NCBI RefSeq assembly: GCF_000315625.1
Contig: NW_005434663.1
Location: forward strand, 186,001-250,000
Direction: 5' to 3'
From: Guillardia theta CCMP2712
Lineage: Eukaryota; Protista; Cryptophyta
DNA length: 64,000 nucleotides
Every line of letters starts with the position of its first letter. Within the stretch, counting starts at the first letter, position 1. The notes beneath the pieces are model-generated. The model ran no database searches and was not told the DNA's origin. It saw only the letters and a list, made by a program, of their open reading frames with translations. A program made the translations under genes and the position numbers. Below are positions 26,103-40,020 of this stretch, piece by piece.

Positions 26103-29100
26103 CTACCATGACGGGGGCCCGTCATGTCCCATGTAGGGCGGCACGAAGCCCTTGTGAGCGAGGGCGAGGGCGAAGGCCGTCTTGAAGAAGGCGGAGCTGA
26201 ACTGGCCGATGAGAGCGTCGCAGCTCGACAGCAGCAGGAGGTCCACCAACGCGCTCTCAGCCACCAGCCGCCGGTCGATGCGTCCGATCCTGGTCATGAG
26301 CGTCTGAGTCCACCCGGTGTTGAGGAACTCGCGAGGAAGCGCGTCGAGGACCATCCAGTGCAGGTCCGGCATGCGATCCCGCAGCTCGTGCATCATCCAT
26401 GGGCTGTCGGTCGCCAGGTAGACGGAGCGGAGGCCGTAGCGATCCGTCATGGCGCGGATGGAAGGGAGGAGCTCGCTTGCCTGCACGCACTTCCTCGCAT
26501 GAGCCTCGTTGCAAGCTTCTCCGTGTCTCACGTGCACCCCCAGAGCAGGAGAGCGGAACCTCACACTCCTCCTGGCCGCCTGCAGCAGCATCTCCAGCTC
26601 CATGCTCGGCCGCATGACCAGCTGAAGCGCCAGGGCCATCCACCACCAGGCCCCTCGATCCTTGAACTGCTCGGGAGTCGAGGACAGCGCGACCGTCCAC
26701 CGTCTCCTCCCCCTCCCCTTGACGTTCATCGACGGCAGCCCCTCCAGCCCGAACCTCCTCCTCGTCTTCACCCAGAACGCTCTCACCTCCTCCTCGCTCA
26801 GCGCCGTCTGCCAGACAGCAGCCAACGCGACAAAGCCTGGGCCCTGACTTGCAGCTCCGAGCAGAGAAACTTGAGACAAGGCCATCGAGACCTTGACGAC
26901 CCCCACGAGCTCCCCGTTGACAAAGAAGCTGCTGCTCGACTGCGACCCGTCGACCCTCCCCACCACCATCACCAGCTGCCATCCCACCACTGAGATGTTG
27001 TAGCCGCAGGGAAGAAACTTCTCCTCGCCGCTCTCGTCCACCACCAGCATCCCCAGCTGCCTCGACCCTCTCTCCACCGCAACAGGAGCCCCACCCTGCA
27101 GCGTGAACCACAGGCTCCGTGCTGGACTATCCGCTGCTCGCCACTCCAACCAGGCAGCGAGAGTGTAGCTATGCAGGAGAGGGAAGCCGATCCTGTCGTG
27201 AACGAGCAGCTCCAGGTGACCGCGATGGAGGTCGAGGACGCGGATGGCACCGAGAGGGTGAGTGATGAACCTGAAGCACCTCAGTCGAGTCACGACCAGA
27301 CGAGCGATGTCTACCTGGTAGCTCCCCTCCTCCTCAGCGAGAGCCGGCTCTCAGTGCCCTGATTCACAAGCTCGTTGGCGAACTGCACGGAAGCATCGAA
27401 GAGCATGTCCGGCTGAGGAGGCCGCCCATCATGCACCTCAACCCCCTCAGAGCTGGACGAGTCCTGAGCTGCGTTATGCTCGTCCCCCTGGCACGCCTCC
27501 TCCCCTTCTGGCCTCCGAACCCTCCGAGGCAGGTCCACCTCCTGCCAGTTCCATCAATCTCCGCCGATACAGCCACAAGGGCAAACCTGCCCGTCGTCGA
27601 TCCAACCGCAAGAGGGCGTCGTTGCTTTGACGGGACAAGAGGAGATTGGCTCGAAGTAGCAGGACAAGTCGCCAGTCGGGCACTTCTCGTGCTAAGAAGC
27701 ATCAAGTCAAATGGAAAGGAGGGGGAGGAGGTTTGTTCTACGTACTTGAATCGCCGACCAGTTTGTTCCCACAACCAGAGGTCTTCCTGCCTGCAAAGAT
27801 CGGCCCAACGCGATGGCGAGCGATCGTAAGTTGACGCCGAAGGCTGAAGAGACGGTCAGGTTGGCATGCGAGTCTTGAGAGTCACCTGACACTGAGTCTG
27901 CATGAAATGCTTGCGCTCCTCGCAGCGGGTCGTCGCATCGGCTCGCCTCAGCCGGGAATTGATTCTCCCTCACGGCCCCGGCAAACTTGTCCCACCCCTC
28001 ACGGAAGTGCTGAGCTTGTACGCATGCCCAGACCGTAAGGACAGGATCAGCGGGCGGGAGGTAAGCTGCTGAGTCATGCAGGTCGTGGTCGCACAGCTCT
28101 CCGAACCAATCGGCCTCGCACACACACGCCCCGTCACGGCAGATCCCGCGGTCGCATGGAGGGCAGGTTGACTTGGTTGATTCTGCCGCAGGGTTGACAC
28201 AAGGAAACAAATCGATTCCGGTGACGTTTGAACTGTACCTGCCTCATCGTCAGCCTCTCCTCTCGCAGCCTCCTGCTCACTCTCTCTCGTTGTCCTTCTT
28301 GAAGGTCACCGACGCTCCCGGCTGGTACGCCACGTCCCGCACGTCCAACACCGTGAGCGTCAGCTTGTACTCCCCGTCTGGCAGGCCGTTGGGGTACGGC
28401 ACCAGACCGTCCACATACGCCAGGTGCACCATGTACAGCGTCGCTTCTAGTGGAGCAGGAAGTGCAGGCCCCTCCACCGTCTGCCGCACCTTCCACTCGC
28501 GCATGGGCCCCAGCCGCTCTTTCTCCTCCCCTTGCTCGCGCACCTCGACCTTCCAGAAGGGCCCGACGCCGCGATGGAAGGACATGCCGTCGGGGGGGAA
28601 CAAGATGGAGATGGTGGGGTGGAAGAGGCGGTGTAAGGTGAGGGTGACACTCACCTGCTCCCTCGGCGCATCTTGGGATGCTCGAGCCAGCTCGAAGTAC
28701 CAGGTCGTACTCCCTCTCGATCCTATGAGGATCGAAAACTCAAAGTTCTCCGTCTTCCAATCGGCCATGTCTGTCGTCTGAACAAGGCTGCCGCTCCTCA
28801 CCACCATCATCGATGCCCATGGCTGATTCTCACAGTTGATGGTGAAGAGAAGAACGACCCCCTCGAGCTCGTCGTCATGGAGCTCATGCGGATTCTGCTG
28901 GGGATACACGAGGGAAAAGCATTGCTGGCAGGAGCACAAGGCGTGCCCGTACAGGAGAAACACAAACACAACCAGCTGAAGCTTTCCTCCGAGGTCCTCC
29001 TTACGCGCACAACACTTCCGACGGGAGGGGAACCGGATACAAGGGGAGGGCGAGGAACGTGAGGCCGATGTCGACAGAGAGTATGAAGTGGATGCTGTGG

Positions 29101-29203
29101 ATCGGGTATCACATGAAGACGAGTTGTAGGAAGAGGAGAAGGAGGAGGAAGAGGAGGAAGAGAAGGAAGAGGAAGTGGAAGAGAAGGAGAACGGTTCCAC
29201 CAT
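26103..29203 (-). CDS. Alpha-1,6-fucosyltransferase-like (GT23/FUT8-type) protein with EGF-like and LamG-like domains
   Basis: GT23 motifs WWWMALALQLVMRP, GVHVRHGE, VYLATDS, DLLLLSSCDALIGQFSS; EGF-like CDRGICRDGACVCEADWFGELC; LamG-like WQLVMVV...FFVNGELV...VWQTALSEEEV. Confidence 0.75.
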
Positions 29204-29349
29204 TAAACCATGGTCGCAACAGCTCTGGGGCGGGTCGGATGCAAGGGATGGAACAGAGGAAGGGGTGGGGTGGACCTGGGGACCTGTACGGGTGGGGTGG
29301 GGTAGGAAGATGAGTGAAAACTAGATCATGAAAGGGCATGGCGATGCTG

Positions 29350-29510
29350 AGAGCGAGGAAAGGGGAGAGAGGGAGAGAGGGAGAGAGGAAGGAGAGAGAG
29401 GGAGAGAGGGAGAGAGGGAGAGAGGGAGAGAGGGAGAGAGGAAGGGGAGAGACAGACAGAGACAGACAGAGACATAGGGAGACAGAGACAGAGAGAGAGA
29501 GACAGAAGGT
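29350..29510. repeat. GA-rich microsatellite (GGGAGAGA/GACAGA)
   Basis: Read directly. Confidence 0.85.
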
Positions 29511-29580
29511 GGGACAGGGAAACACGCTTTTCTCAAAGGAACAAATCCTGACATTCTCTGATGTTGTAACTCTCTTCTTT

Positions 29581-32334
29581 TCAGCCTGTCGTATGTTCTG
29601 AGGGTCGCATACAAATTGGATCATGCAGCTTGATAGCAGATCTCAGCGACTGTTTCTCCGAGCTGGCTTCCTCTTCTTTGCGTCTTTCCTGGCACTTGTT
29701 GTTATGACGCACATGTCTGCTAAACCCACTGAGTTGACCTACTGGGAGGATCAGACGGGGTGAGGGGCGACGCTTTCTTAACTTGCCCTCTCTTCTTACA
29801 TCGACTGCAGGCTCCCAAGTCGACAACAGAGATGGTTTCAGTGGCAGGCAATGCAGGATGCTGGTCCTCCGATCGGGGAGCATGGGATGTGGTGGGACGG
29901 GGTGGATAGAATGCACATGTTTGAAGGGGATCTCCCGGTACTTGACCCTGAAGACCCTCACTACGGTGAGACTTCGCCCATCCCAAGGTCTTGCTTGCGT
30001 CACGTTCGTCATGCACATACTGAGAAAGAAGCAGGTTCGCTCGAAGGCGTGCGGCAATGGTGTACAGGAAGAGGATGGTGTGATGCGACGTCGCAGTCAA
30101 ACTTTTCGTTGGATGTCATCTCCCTTCAGCGTGTGAGATTAATTGCCACTCTTGTAAAGAACATCGATGTATCCTTGGAGAATCCCCATGGCTTTGTCCA
30201 GCAGTCTCTTCCTCTCTATCCTGTACTGCGGCTACAAGTCAAGAGTCAACCCTGCAGCCTCGCATGTCTCACATGGACTGCTGAAACTTTTCTCGGGTCG
30301 AGGGAGGAAGGATCTCTCGTGTAGTCCGTCACCAGGCTGAGATCTTCCTCGAGGGTCGTCGACATGACCCTGGTCGCCTCCTCGTCATCCACCATCTCCA
30401 TCAGAGCATGTGCCTCACCTTCGCTGCTCTGTCACATAGTCCAGCAGTTTCTGAGACTCAAACTTCACTCTCGTAGTGACTTGAATCGCACTTCACCTGA
30501 GCTTTCTCAACTTCCGCGTTGCCGTCAACTCCATCCTCCGGCATTTCGATGGTGAGGGGAAAGGACATGAGGGCCTGGAAATAAAGTTGGCTACGCCTGT
30601 CACAAACAAGCCCCCTTTACCGAGTTCAGTCGCGGATCAGACGACAGGATCTAACAAGCATGGTGAGCATCCAATGGGAGGGTGAGAAAGAGCGAGAAAG
30701 GTTACCTGCTCTCCGTCGGGCTGATCAAGTCCCAGGGCTTGCTCCAGAAGAGGCGCCATCAGTTCATCTGCCTGAGGAGAGCTGAATCTAAGTACAAAGC
30801 ATGCGAATGACCTTCAGTGAGTCAGGAAACTCGATGTTGTCATTGTAGTTGCCGCCCTGAGGAACAAACCTTTGAAAGCTTGAGCATGCAACAACGTCGC
30901 AATATTGTCGTAAGTTACCCGTATAACGCTTGGTAGATCCGATTGCACATTTCAGCTCGGTAGGAAATCAAAACCTCTCTTCCTTCCTGTGACGTATCCT
31001 CAGACAGTGCGTGTTGAAACAAGCACAACGTACAGGGATATCTGTTAGCGCATGGAGCACGAAGTAATTGTTTGCTCGATCACAAAAGAAGTCGGCGTTG
31101 GGATCACCTGCGATATGTTATCTTTCAAACCGGGGCAGAGACGGAACAAGCTTGTACACCATGATTGGTCATGTCCAAGAAAGGTACAAAAGCAAACTCG
31201 TCATCCTTGTACAGAAAGTGAATGTGCCGTTGGAAATAGCAGTCACAAAGAAACCTCCTCATCAGTGCTTGTAGCATTCTGCTGCAGAAAGTTACAGACT
31301 TCAGAAAAAGATTAATAAGAGTAAACACCTTTTTACTAGTCACGGTGAAGGCACGACTTCGTACGCAGGCAAACGCCCATTGTAAGTTTGATGGATAATC
31401 GCTGTCTGCAATTGAGGCATGAAACCATCAAGACAGCTCCACAAATGACACGTGTGACAAACCTGCGCTGTCTGCCGCTGGCATCAGGTCAGGGAAAAGC
31501 ATACGCAACCTCCGCTGCTGCATGAGGCCGCCAGTGGCAAGCTCCGAGTGCTTTCAAGGTCTCATCGCACTTAGTGAGCAACAAGTCTGCGGGCACCTGA
31601 AACTCGGAGAGCATGGAAGGCGACAAGCAGAGGGGCTGACTCACAGTCAGAACGGCGAGTGAGACGAGGAAGGGAGCCACCTGGGAGAGGGTGTCTGGTC
31701 TTGGAAGCAAGTCCTGGTATTTCATCCAAAATATCTCCTGCACTCTGACCTCACCGAATGAAAGACAAGGAGGAAAGAAGCGGATCACTGATTCGTCGTC
31801 GGAATCAAGCTTTCCTGTCTTCTTCAACAGTTTGATTGCCATTCTGACGTCCCAAGTCAACGCCTCTGGGTCCTGAGGCGACTAAGATCAATGGTGGAAG
31901 AGGTGGACCAGCAGGACCTCGACATCTGTGGTCGCACGTGAAAGGATCTTGGACTTTTCTTCATCGCTTGCATGCCTCGCTGTCGGCAGTTCAAATCCAA
32001 CGAGCGGCGAGAGGAGCAACTCACCTTCGCGGATGCAAGCTTCCAGCGGGATCCTGAGCAACGTGTCGCCCTTGCGCTGCGAAGTGTTTGTGAACAATCC
32101 CCGTCCGCGTTCGCCATTTCGAAGACGAAGACTTGAAGTTGAGTGTGACATGTCCAACAACTCTTGAAACAATCGCTCGTGATCGGTAGCCTCCGATCCC
32201 CCCCGGATGGGGTTTGGGCATGGCAGTCGAATCCTTTCAATCAAAGGTAGTCGAAAAGAAATTTGAGCAGACTGAAAGGACGAGAGTGACGCCATAAGGA
32301 CACATCCAAGCAACGAATGTCTGCCTTGCACCAT
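29581..32334 (-). CDS. SET-domain lysine methyltransferase (Rubisco LSMT/SETD3-like), targeting leader with PIRGG
   Basis: RGRGLFT...KGDTLLRIP, FWMKYQDLLP, AFVPFLDMTNH; signal-like N-terminus; many short introns; 3' extent uncertain. Confidence 0.7.
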
Positions 32335-33025
32335 GAGGACCTTGAGTCAAGTACCAGTCTCCTGCAGGCCACATCAAAACAGCATTTTCCCTCCATGATC
32401 TCATTTTCCCTCCCTCCCTCTCTGCTTCCCTCTCCCTCTCCCTCTCTCCCTATCCTCCTGGCCCTTCTCTTCATAGTCACTTCTAGCTTCACCTGCCTCG
32501 TCCTACGCCTTCCCTCTCCATTGCTCGCCATCCCCCTGGCGTCGCATATCGCGTACAACGAGCTCGCCAGAGAGGTTTTGTGTGGGGCAGCAATCAAGTA
32601 CTAGAGCAAATACTCCAACTGCGTGGGCAGCTCCCGTTATGTGTTTGTTTTATTGGTGAAAATTCCTGTTTCTCTCCAGTACCAGCCAGCAAGTCCAACA
32701 TAGGAAGCTTCATTATTAATTTATATATGAAGTAATAAATAAAAATATTTAAAAATATGGTACAAAATCTCCTACTTGTAAGTACCAATGGTACTGTGAA
32801 TTCTTTGGTAGGGCCCGCCGTCTAATAAAGTCAGAGAATGGTGGATAGAAGAGGATGGAAATGTTTGGCGCGAGAGGAGGAACACGATGGGGGGAGGAGA
32901 TGATGAGAGAAAGGGAAGGAGCAAAGCGACTGGCTAGCTGCTTGCAGCAGTGGGGGTGACATGTTGTGTTGTCTGATGTGCCCGAGAGGCGGCCAAGCGG
33001 CTGAGTCTGAATGTCACACTGCTAG

Positions 33026-35937
33026 ATGACGAGGGAAGAAGGAATGGTTCCCAACATTCGCTTGAAGATGCACGAGAGAACATGAAGCTCTCCTAGCCGT
33101 GCCATAAGGTGTCGCATCCGTCTCCTCGCCGATGAAGCTAAGGTTGTGTTCAACCAGAGCATTCGGAGGACGGCACCCCATGCCTCAGGTAGACTTTGGC
33201 CTTGAGCTCCTGGAGGCTGCCGGTCAAGGAAGGCAAGTGATGTGATGCATTGAAAGATGGCTGACTTGCGCGCTCAGCGAAGAGAAAGTCAGAGAGGTCT
33301 TGAATCAGTACCCCCACCTTCTGATGTACTCCGATCCATACGGTCACACCGCCGCTCACATCGCAGCCTTCTACGGGCACCTGTGCTCTGACTTTGAATG
33401 TGTGCTACGTGTCTTAACCTAGAGGTTCAACAGAGACATTCTATCTTACCTCTCGAGTTTGAACAATGAGTGTCTCTTCTCCGAATCTTTCGATCTCTTC
33501 ACTCCAGCACACAGCGCAGCAGCAAACGGGTGATCGGAACTGAACCATGAGAAGCTTTTACTGACTAACCTCTTGGCCAGACAACGAGAAATCCTCGAAT
33601 TCTTATCAAAGAAGAGCCTTTCACACGTTGTTTCACTGCTTCTGTTGACTCGGTCTTGAATGTTGAATGTCACTTCAGTTGTTTGCAAAAGATTGCGATG
33701 GATGGACGGTGGCCCATATTGCTGCGTTTTACGGACATGAGAATGTGCTTCGATTCATGGCAGAGGTGATCGCGTTTGAGTCAACGCCTCAAGTTCTCAC
33801 ACTTGTTGTCGTCTTGAAATAGGTCGCTCCGTCAGTGTTCGGTATCAATGCAGAGCTGCTCAGAATGATTGCGAGGACTGCGAGCTGTAAGGTCTACACT
33901 CTTCCGTCTTTGAGATCTGCAAGTTGTTCACCTCGAGTGCAGAACGAAATAGAAAAAGTTCAGAAGTTGGATTTCCAGTATTACAAGCCTCACCAGGTGC
34001 TAGAGCAACTTGAATGTCTTGCTTCAATCAAGTCAGACCCCGATCAGGAGTCGTTGGGAGAAGGCATCGTCATATCCACAAGCTCCTCCATCCTGAGCTC
34101 GGAATCCGTTGACAGTCATCATCTACTGAAGGGGGTGGGGCCAACACGGGCGGCTGGCGTTGACGTCTGAAGCTTTGTTTGAATGCAGCGAAAGATTCCC
34201 TTTGGAGGAGCAGCGAATCGGGATGAAGATGAAAGCTCGACCTCGAGCATGGACGCAAGAAAGTGTCACAAGCAGTCGCTGACCAACGGAAAGAAGAACC
34301 ACTCTCCCCCTCATGAGAGGAAGTTAACCAGGTCCCCAAGCTGGGTTCAAGATGTCACAACGAGAGAGCAGCAGAGCAGCTGGAAGACTCTTCTAGGAGG
34401 TGTTCGCTGCAGCCCTCTCCGTCCTCTAGACGTGACCGCAAGACAGGGCTGAGGAAGGGAAGCGACATCACTTCCATGCTGATACCGGCCGAGTTCCTGA
34501 GGTTGTCGAAAGCCCCCTCACCCTTCACTCATCTTCCACCTCCAGGCCCGAGTCAACGCTAGAGAGGATCCAAGACGTCATGCAGCACGGCAGGTCTGCC
34601 CCCTCCTGCTCACAGCTCTTGAAGGTGATCGTGACAGCAGGCACCTGGAGAGCATCGTGCTTCCCAACTCGTCTGCTCTAGATCGCATCAAGTCTGTCGT
34701 CCGCTTTCATGTTGCTCAAGCCGGCAAAGTTCTCCTGCTCACGCATGGGACTGGGCAGGTGTCGGGAGTGATCCGAGCGATCTTCGATGGCAAGAAGCCC
34801 TACAACCCCATCCTAGGCGAGACCTGCGTCTGGGCGTACAAGCATGGAGACTCGTCCTGCGTGACCAAGGTGGTTTGCGAGCAGGTGGCATGAAGCATAC
34901 TCGCATTGCAAGTGCAGGTGAACCTCCCTTGCTAGGTTTCCCACCACCCGCCCATCTCAGCTTTCTTCCTCAACAACGAGCGACTGGGCATCAACATCAC
35001 TGTATCACTGCTGTCCACTCGAATGCCCTCCCCTCATGCCCCTCTCCTTCAGGCCTCTGCGGAAATTAACCCGACATTCACTGGAAATTGCGTGCTGGTT
35101 CCATTCAAGGGCAAGCGAGTCTTGAAGATCATGCACTTGTATTCTTATCCCACACGAGAGCCGTGCTTGATCCTGACAATTTGAGACAGAAACGAAGAGT
35201 ACACGATGACAGTCCCCAGTCTGCAGGTAGTCGATCTTCTCGTCGCTAGCCTTGTGACATGGCTCAGTATCGCGGGCTCTTCGTGGGCTCCAGAGGAGCT
35301 GAATGGGTTGGGAAAGTTGTGGTGAAGTGCGAGCAGACGGGACTGTCGGCGAAGCTTAACTTCAAGCCGCTTGGCTGGCTTGGCATGTGGGGGTCCTGGC
35401 ACAGAGTGGAGGTGAGGGCTGTTGCGGCTGAAGTCTCGCGCTCAAGTTGGTGCAGGGCAAGGTGAAGAGTAAGGTGAAGGGCGTCAAGAAGCTGATCGGG
35501 AGCATCTACGGCCACTGGGATACGCAGCTGATTTATAGAGACGAGGAGAGCAAGGAAGAGGAGGTTATGTACGACTTCGACCAGAGCGCGAAATTTTTCG
35601 GAGTTGAGCAAGTGAAGATGAAGAAAGCGAGCCTGCCGACAGACTCGCTCGTCGTTTGGTCAAGACTGTCTGCTGCCTTGACACGGCGAGATATGAAGGA
35701 CGCCAACAGAATCAAGAACGAGATCGAGGAAGAACAGAGACGAATCCGTAAGGAGCGAGCAAAGAGAAACCAAGCATACCAGCCCAGATTTTTCAGGTGA
35801 GCAGCGACATGCTGGGTGTATGAAACAAGACTGTCACATCTGACTTGTTCCTCGCTAGGTTCAAGGAGGGAAGGTGGGTCCCAAGGGATGAGATGTACCA
35901 ATTTCAAGCGACGTGTATGGTAGGAACAGACGTGTAG
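33026..35937 (+). CDS. Oxysterol-binding protein-related protein with N-terminal ankyrin repeats
   Basis: Ankyrin GHTAAHIAAFYG, TPAHSAAANG, GWTVAHIAAFYGHE; OSBP signature KKPYNPILGET and EQ|VSHHPPISAF, KNEIEEEQRRIRK; start uncertain. Confidence 0.88.
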
Positions 35938-36011
35938 TGCAAGGATTGAAACAATAGCATACGATTGAAATGATTTGAAACAGTAGCATACAATAGAGAT
36001 GGTCTGCGCTA

Positions 36012-39000
36012 TCAGACTTCATCTGAGTTGATCTGGTCTTGCACTAACAGCAAATTCTTTCGCGACGCCAGCGTGCGAGGATGCTCCTCTCCGAGACACT
36101 TGAGACGGATGTCGTAGGCGCGCTGATACAGTTGCCTTCTCCTCCTCATCAGCCCCCGCCCCCTCGTCTCTCCATCAGCACCTGCTCAGTTGCTTCTCTC
36201 CGCAGTGAAACGCCAACGTAGCGAGGGAGTTGAGGTCCGTCGCCACCTGCGGGCTCTCTGCTCCGAAGAACTGTTTCCGGTCAGCCTCGCCTCCCCCTCC
36301 TCCCTTCCACCTCCTCGTCGATCTTCAGCGCCTGCTGCACCAGCTCCGAAGCCTCCGCATAGTTTCCCCTGCTCGATGTGAGCAGGAGCGGAGGCTAGTC
36401 AAGGCACCTCTTGGCCTCCAGGATTGCCATGTTGTTCATGTGCACCGCCACCTTGACCCGCGTCAGCTGCCGTCGAGCTCCCACGTCATCACCTTGGGAT
36501 GCTCAAGGCCGAGAGTCTCCTGCAGCATATCCAGCGCTTCCTTTCGCAGCTTGAAGGCCTGCCATGCAGTGAGAGGCCGAACGGGAGGCGCCTCCTCTAC
36601 CTCGTCGCGGTCGTTGAAGCCTTCCTCCCAGATCCCCGCGAGGTGATTGAGAGAGGTCGCGATGGACGGGTGAGCTTGACCGTAGACTTGCCGTTTGATG
36701 CTGCGAGCTCAGGCTCAGCTCCGCTAGAGGACGGGGTGAGGGACCTCAGGCTCCGTTGAAACAGCAGGAGGGCTCGCTGGTACTCCTTCTTGGCCGCCAG
36801 CACCTGCCGTTCTTGAGGCCAAGGCAGCTGCCAGCCCCTCTACTCACACGTGCCAAGTTGGAGAGAGCAGAGGCGAGGTAGGGGCTGGTGCTGATGACGT
36901 GTGAGCAGCAGAGGAGACGGTGAGCAAAGAAACCTCCCAAGCGCTCTCTCCCAGATCTCTATCGCCTCCTCCATGTGCTCCTGGGCCTCCTGTAGTTCGC
37001 CTGGAGGTGGTCACTCCGATTTGATCCCTTTCTCCTCTTCACCTTTGGCTAGGAAAGCCTCGCCGACACTCATCAGAGCTGATGCAGTCTGAGGTGAAGA
37101 GAAGCGACAAGGAAACGACGAGAATGAGAGAAGAGGAGATGGAGAAAGGAGGGAGAGAGGAGGTGAGCATACATAAAATCAGCTGATGTTCTACCTGATA
37201 ATGATCGTTCGGCAAAGAATTCCTGCAAATCTCTAGAGCTTTCTGTCGCAGTTGATATCCCATCGAAGAATTTCCCATCTCCTTTCACCACCATCACTGC
37301 AGCCATTCCGAGAAGCGAACGAGAATACAATCATGCAAGAGCCGAGGTTGAGATAGGAAGCGACGACTTCACTGTCTTGGCTATCTGAGCTCGTCAAGTC
37401 AAATAACTTCCGCACATCGCTCGATCTTCCTTGAAGCTTCTCGCGGATCTCCAAGGCTTTTCTTAGATGCTTCTCTGCTTCCTTGTACTTCCCCTGTGCC
37501 TGTTGTCCCTCTCAGTCTCTCCTCCACCCCCCCGGCTTCCCCCGTCATCACCTGCAGGCTCACTCCCAGCTCGTCGAGAGCCTGTGCGGCTGCTCGACTC
37601 TCTTGTCCCACAGCGAGGACGACGCTGAGGTCTCATCAGTCGCTGATTCTCATGCTCGCTCCCTCACATGTCAAGCACCGCTTGCTTCTCCACCACAGCC
37701 TCATCGATGTCTCCAAGCGCCTGCAGCAGCAAACTTGACAGACGCCTCCTCCTCCTCATCGTCTCCTCCTTCTCTGCTTCTCACCAACAGCGTCGAGCCG
37801 TATTCTCCTCGCACAAGCGCGGCCAGCAGCGGCTGGTCGGGAGGAAGGAGGTTGATGGCTCTCTGTCCCTCACATCAGCCAGCAAGGCGCATCCGGGCGC
37901 ACAGGGACCAGGGAGAGAAGCTTCGCCTCGTACACCTCTCCTTTCTGCCTCGCCACCGACGCCAGCACCGAGACCTCCACGCACAGCTGGGGGCTGAGAG
38001 TGAGAGGGAGCGACACGTCAGCTCCCAGCTACCTCCGAGCTGTTCGACGCATGCTCGTCCATCAGTCTCACAACTTCACTCTAACTCCAGCTCAGCCCCA
38101 GCTGCCTCACCCCAACGTCTTACCTGCGTCTCCCATGCCTTCAAGTAGTTTCCTTGTCGCATCTGATTGCTGACGTCATGGACTCGCCTCGCTCGCTCTC
38201 TCGTACATGCAGTTGGCTCCTCGCGCTCGCGAGTTTGGCTCGCAGAAGCTCACTGCTTCTCTCTTCCTTTACCGACTTCACCTCCTCCTCTGCCAGCCTC
38301 AAAACCTCTGACGCTTCCGCTGAGAGGCCGAGACCAACGCCCAGGACCCGTGCGACCGCAACGAAGCCGTCAATGCGAACAAGCACAGGCAGCTGTAAGA
38401 GGATGAGAGAAAGGTTGGTGCGGGTTAAAGCGAAGAGAGGAAAAAGAAGAGGAAGAGATGCGGGAGAGAGAGAAAGAGACTACCTGGGAGGACTTGGCGA
38501 AAGAGATGACGTCATCTACATTGATAGGCTGATCTACTCCTTCAAGTGACTTGCACATTTCAATGAGATATTCGTCGTTCATTTGCTGCGAGAAGAAAGA
38601 ATCCAAGAGCAAGCTGCAGCATCACATCACAACTGACACTTCAGCTTCTGTCACTTACGACTTCGCGTCTTCAACTTCTCCCGCAGCTATCAGCTCGCGG
38701 ACCTTTAGGACCTTCACTGGCATGTGAGATGAGTGTGCTCAAGTGACAAGCAGCTCGACCATCCCGCTTGAGTCGTTCTGCTCCCCCTGCCGCCTTGTCA
38801 CCTTCAACTGGATGCGCTTCTCTGTTGCTCACCAGCGCTGACAACTTGCCAACATCAGCAAGCGAGCGAAGGACCGCGAAGGCATCGTCCTGCTGAGAGC
38901 GAAGCGCCAAACTGGGAGAACCTGACTTCATGACAAAGGGCAAAGCAGAGAGATAGATAGAGACTGGTAGAAAGATAGATGGAGACTGGTAGAAAGATAG

Positions 39001-39610
39001 ATGGAGACTGGTAGAAAGATAGATGGAGACTGGTAGAAAGATAGATGGAGACTGGTAGAAAGATAGATGGAGACTGGTAGAAAGATAGATGGAGACTGGT
39101 AGAAAGATAGATGGAGACTGGTAGAAAGATAGATGGAGACTGGTAGAAAGATAGATGGAGACTGGTAGAAAGATAGATGGAGACTGGTAGAAAGATAGAT
39201 GGAGACTGGTAGAAAGATAGATGGAGACTGGTAGAAAGATAGATAGAGACTGGTAGAAAGATAGATGGAGACTGGTATAAAGATAGGACAACCTCGACGC
39301 CCGTCGCCTTTGCCGACATGAAATCAAACGCGACTCCGGTGATGACCATCTGACAGGAGAGCAAGGGAAGGGACATCACTACATCAGCTCAGACAAGCCA
39401 AAGAGAAACCTTGACGACATCCTGCCATGAGATGGCGGGAGACCTGCCGGCTCAGGTTGATTGGATCAGTCAAGTGAGCACAAAGAAAGTTACAGGGGGC
39501 AGTCAAGAAGCCTTTGACGAGTTGCAAGCAGAGCATGAGGAGGAGAAAGCGGCCTGAGGGAGTCAAAGTGTGAACTGATACTTTCACGATCGGTCAAACT
39601 CACGAAGCAT
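36012..39610 (-). CDS. TPR (kinesin-light-chain-like) repeat protein with plastid-type leader
   Basis: Repeats such as AAAQALDELGVSLQ, VVASYLNLG, LASALSNLARV, KEYQRALLLFQRSL; spliced N-terminus MLRRFLLLMLCLQLVKG-FLTAP. Confidence 0.65.
38950..39285. repeat. 22-bp minisatellite (ATGGAGACTGGTAGAAAGATAG), ~15 copies, intronic
   Basis: Near-perfect tandem copies, no spacers. Confidence 0.95.
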
Positions 39611-39764
39611 GCTGTTGGAGAACTGAAGAAAGTGTCAGCTGCAGTAGTGATGTCACAGCAGAGAAGAGGGACACAAGGAAAATCAGACAATAAAAGAAGT
39701 CCCCAATTCACTTCATTTGATCTCGTCCATAACACGCTGCAGCATCATCACCATATTCTCATTC

Positions 39765-40020
39765 TTGTACCTCATACTTGTACGTCATACTTGTATCTCA
39801 TACTTGTACGTCATACTTGTACCTCATACTTGTATCTCATACTTGTACGTCATACTTGTAGCTCATACTTGTAGCTCATACTTGTAGCTCATACTTGTAT
39901 CTCATACTTGTACCTCATACTTGTACCTCATACTTGTACCTCATACTTGTAGCTCATACTTGTAGCTCATACTTGTACCTCATACTTGTATCTCATACTT
40001 GTATCTCATTCATACTTGTT
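39765..40020. repeat. 13-bp minisatellite (TCATACTTGTAnn), ~19 copies
   Basis: Tandem copies varying only at two positions. Confidence 0.95.

Noticed and set aside
38950-39285. Possible CRISPR array
   Set aside because: 22-bp units are contiguous with no spacers, no cas genes, eukaryotic intron context.
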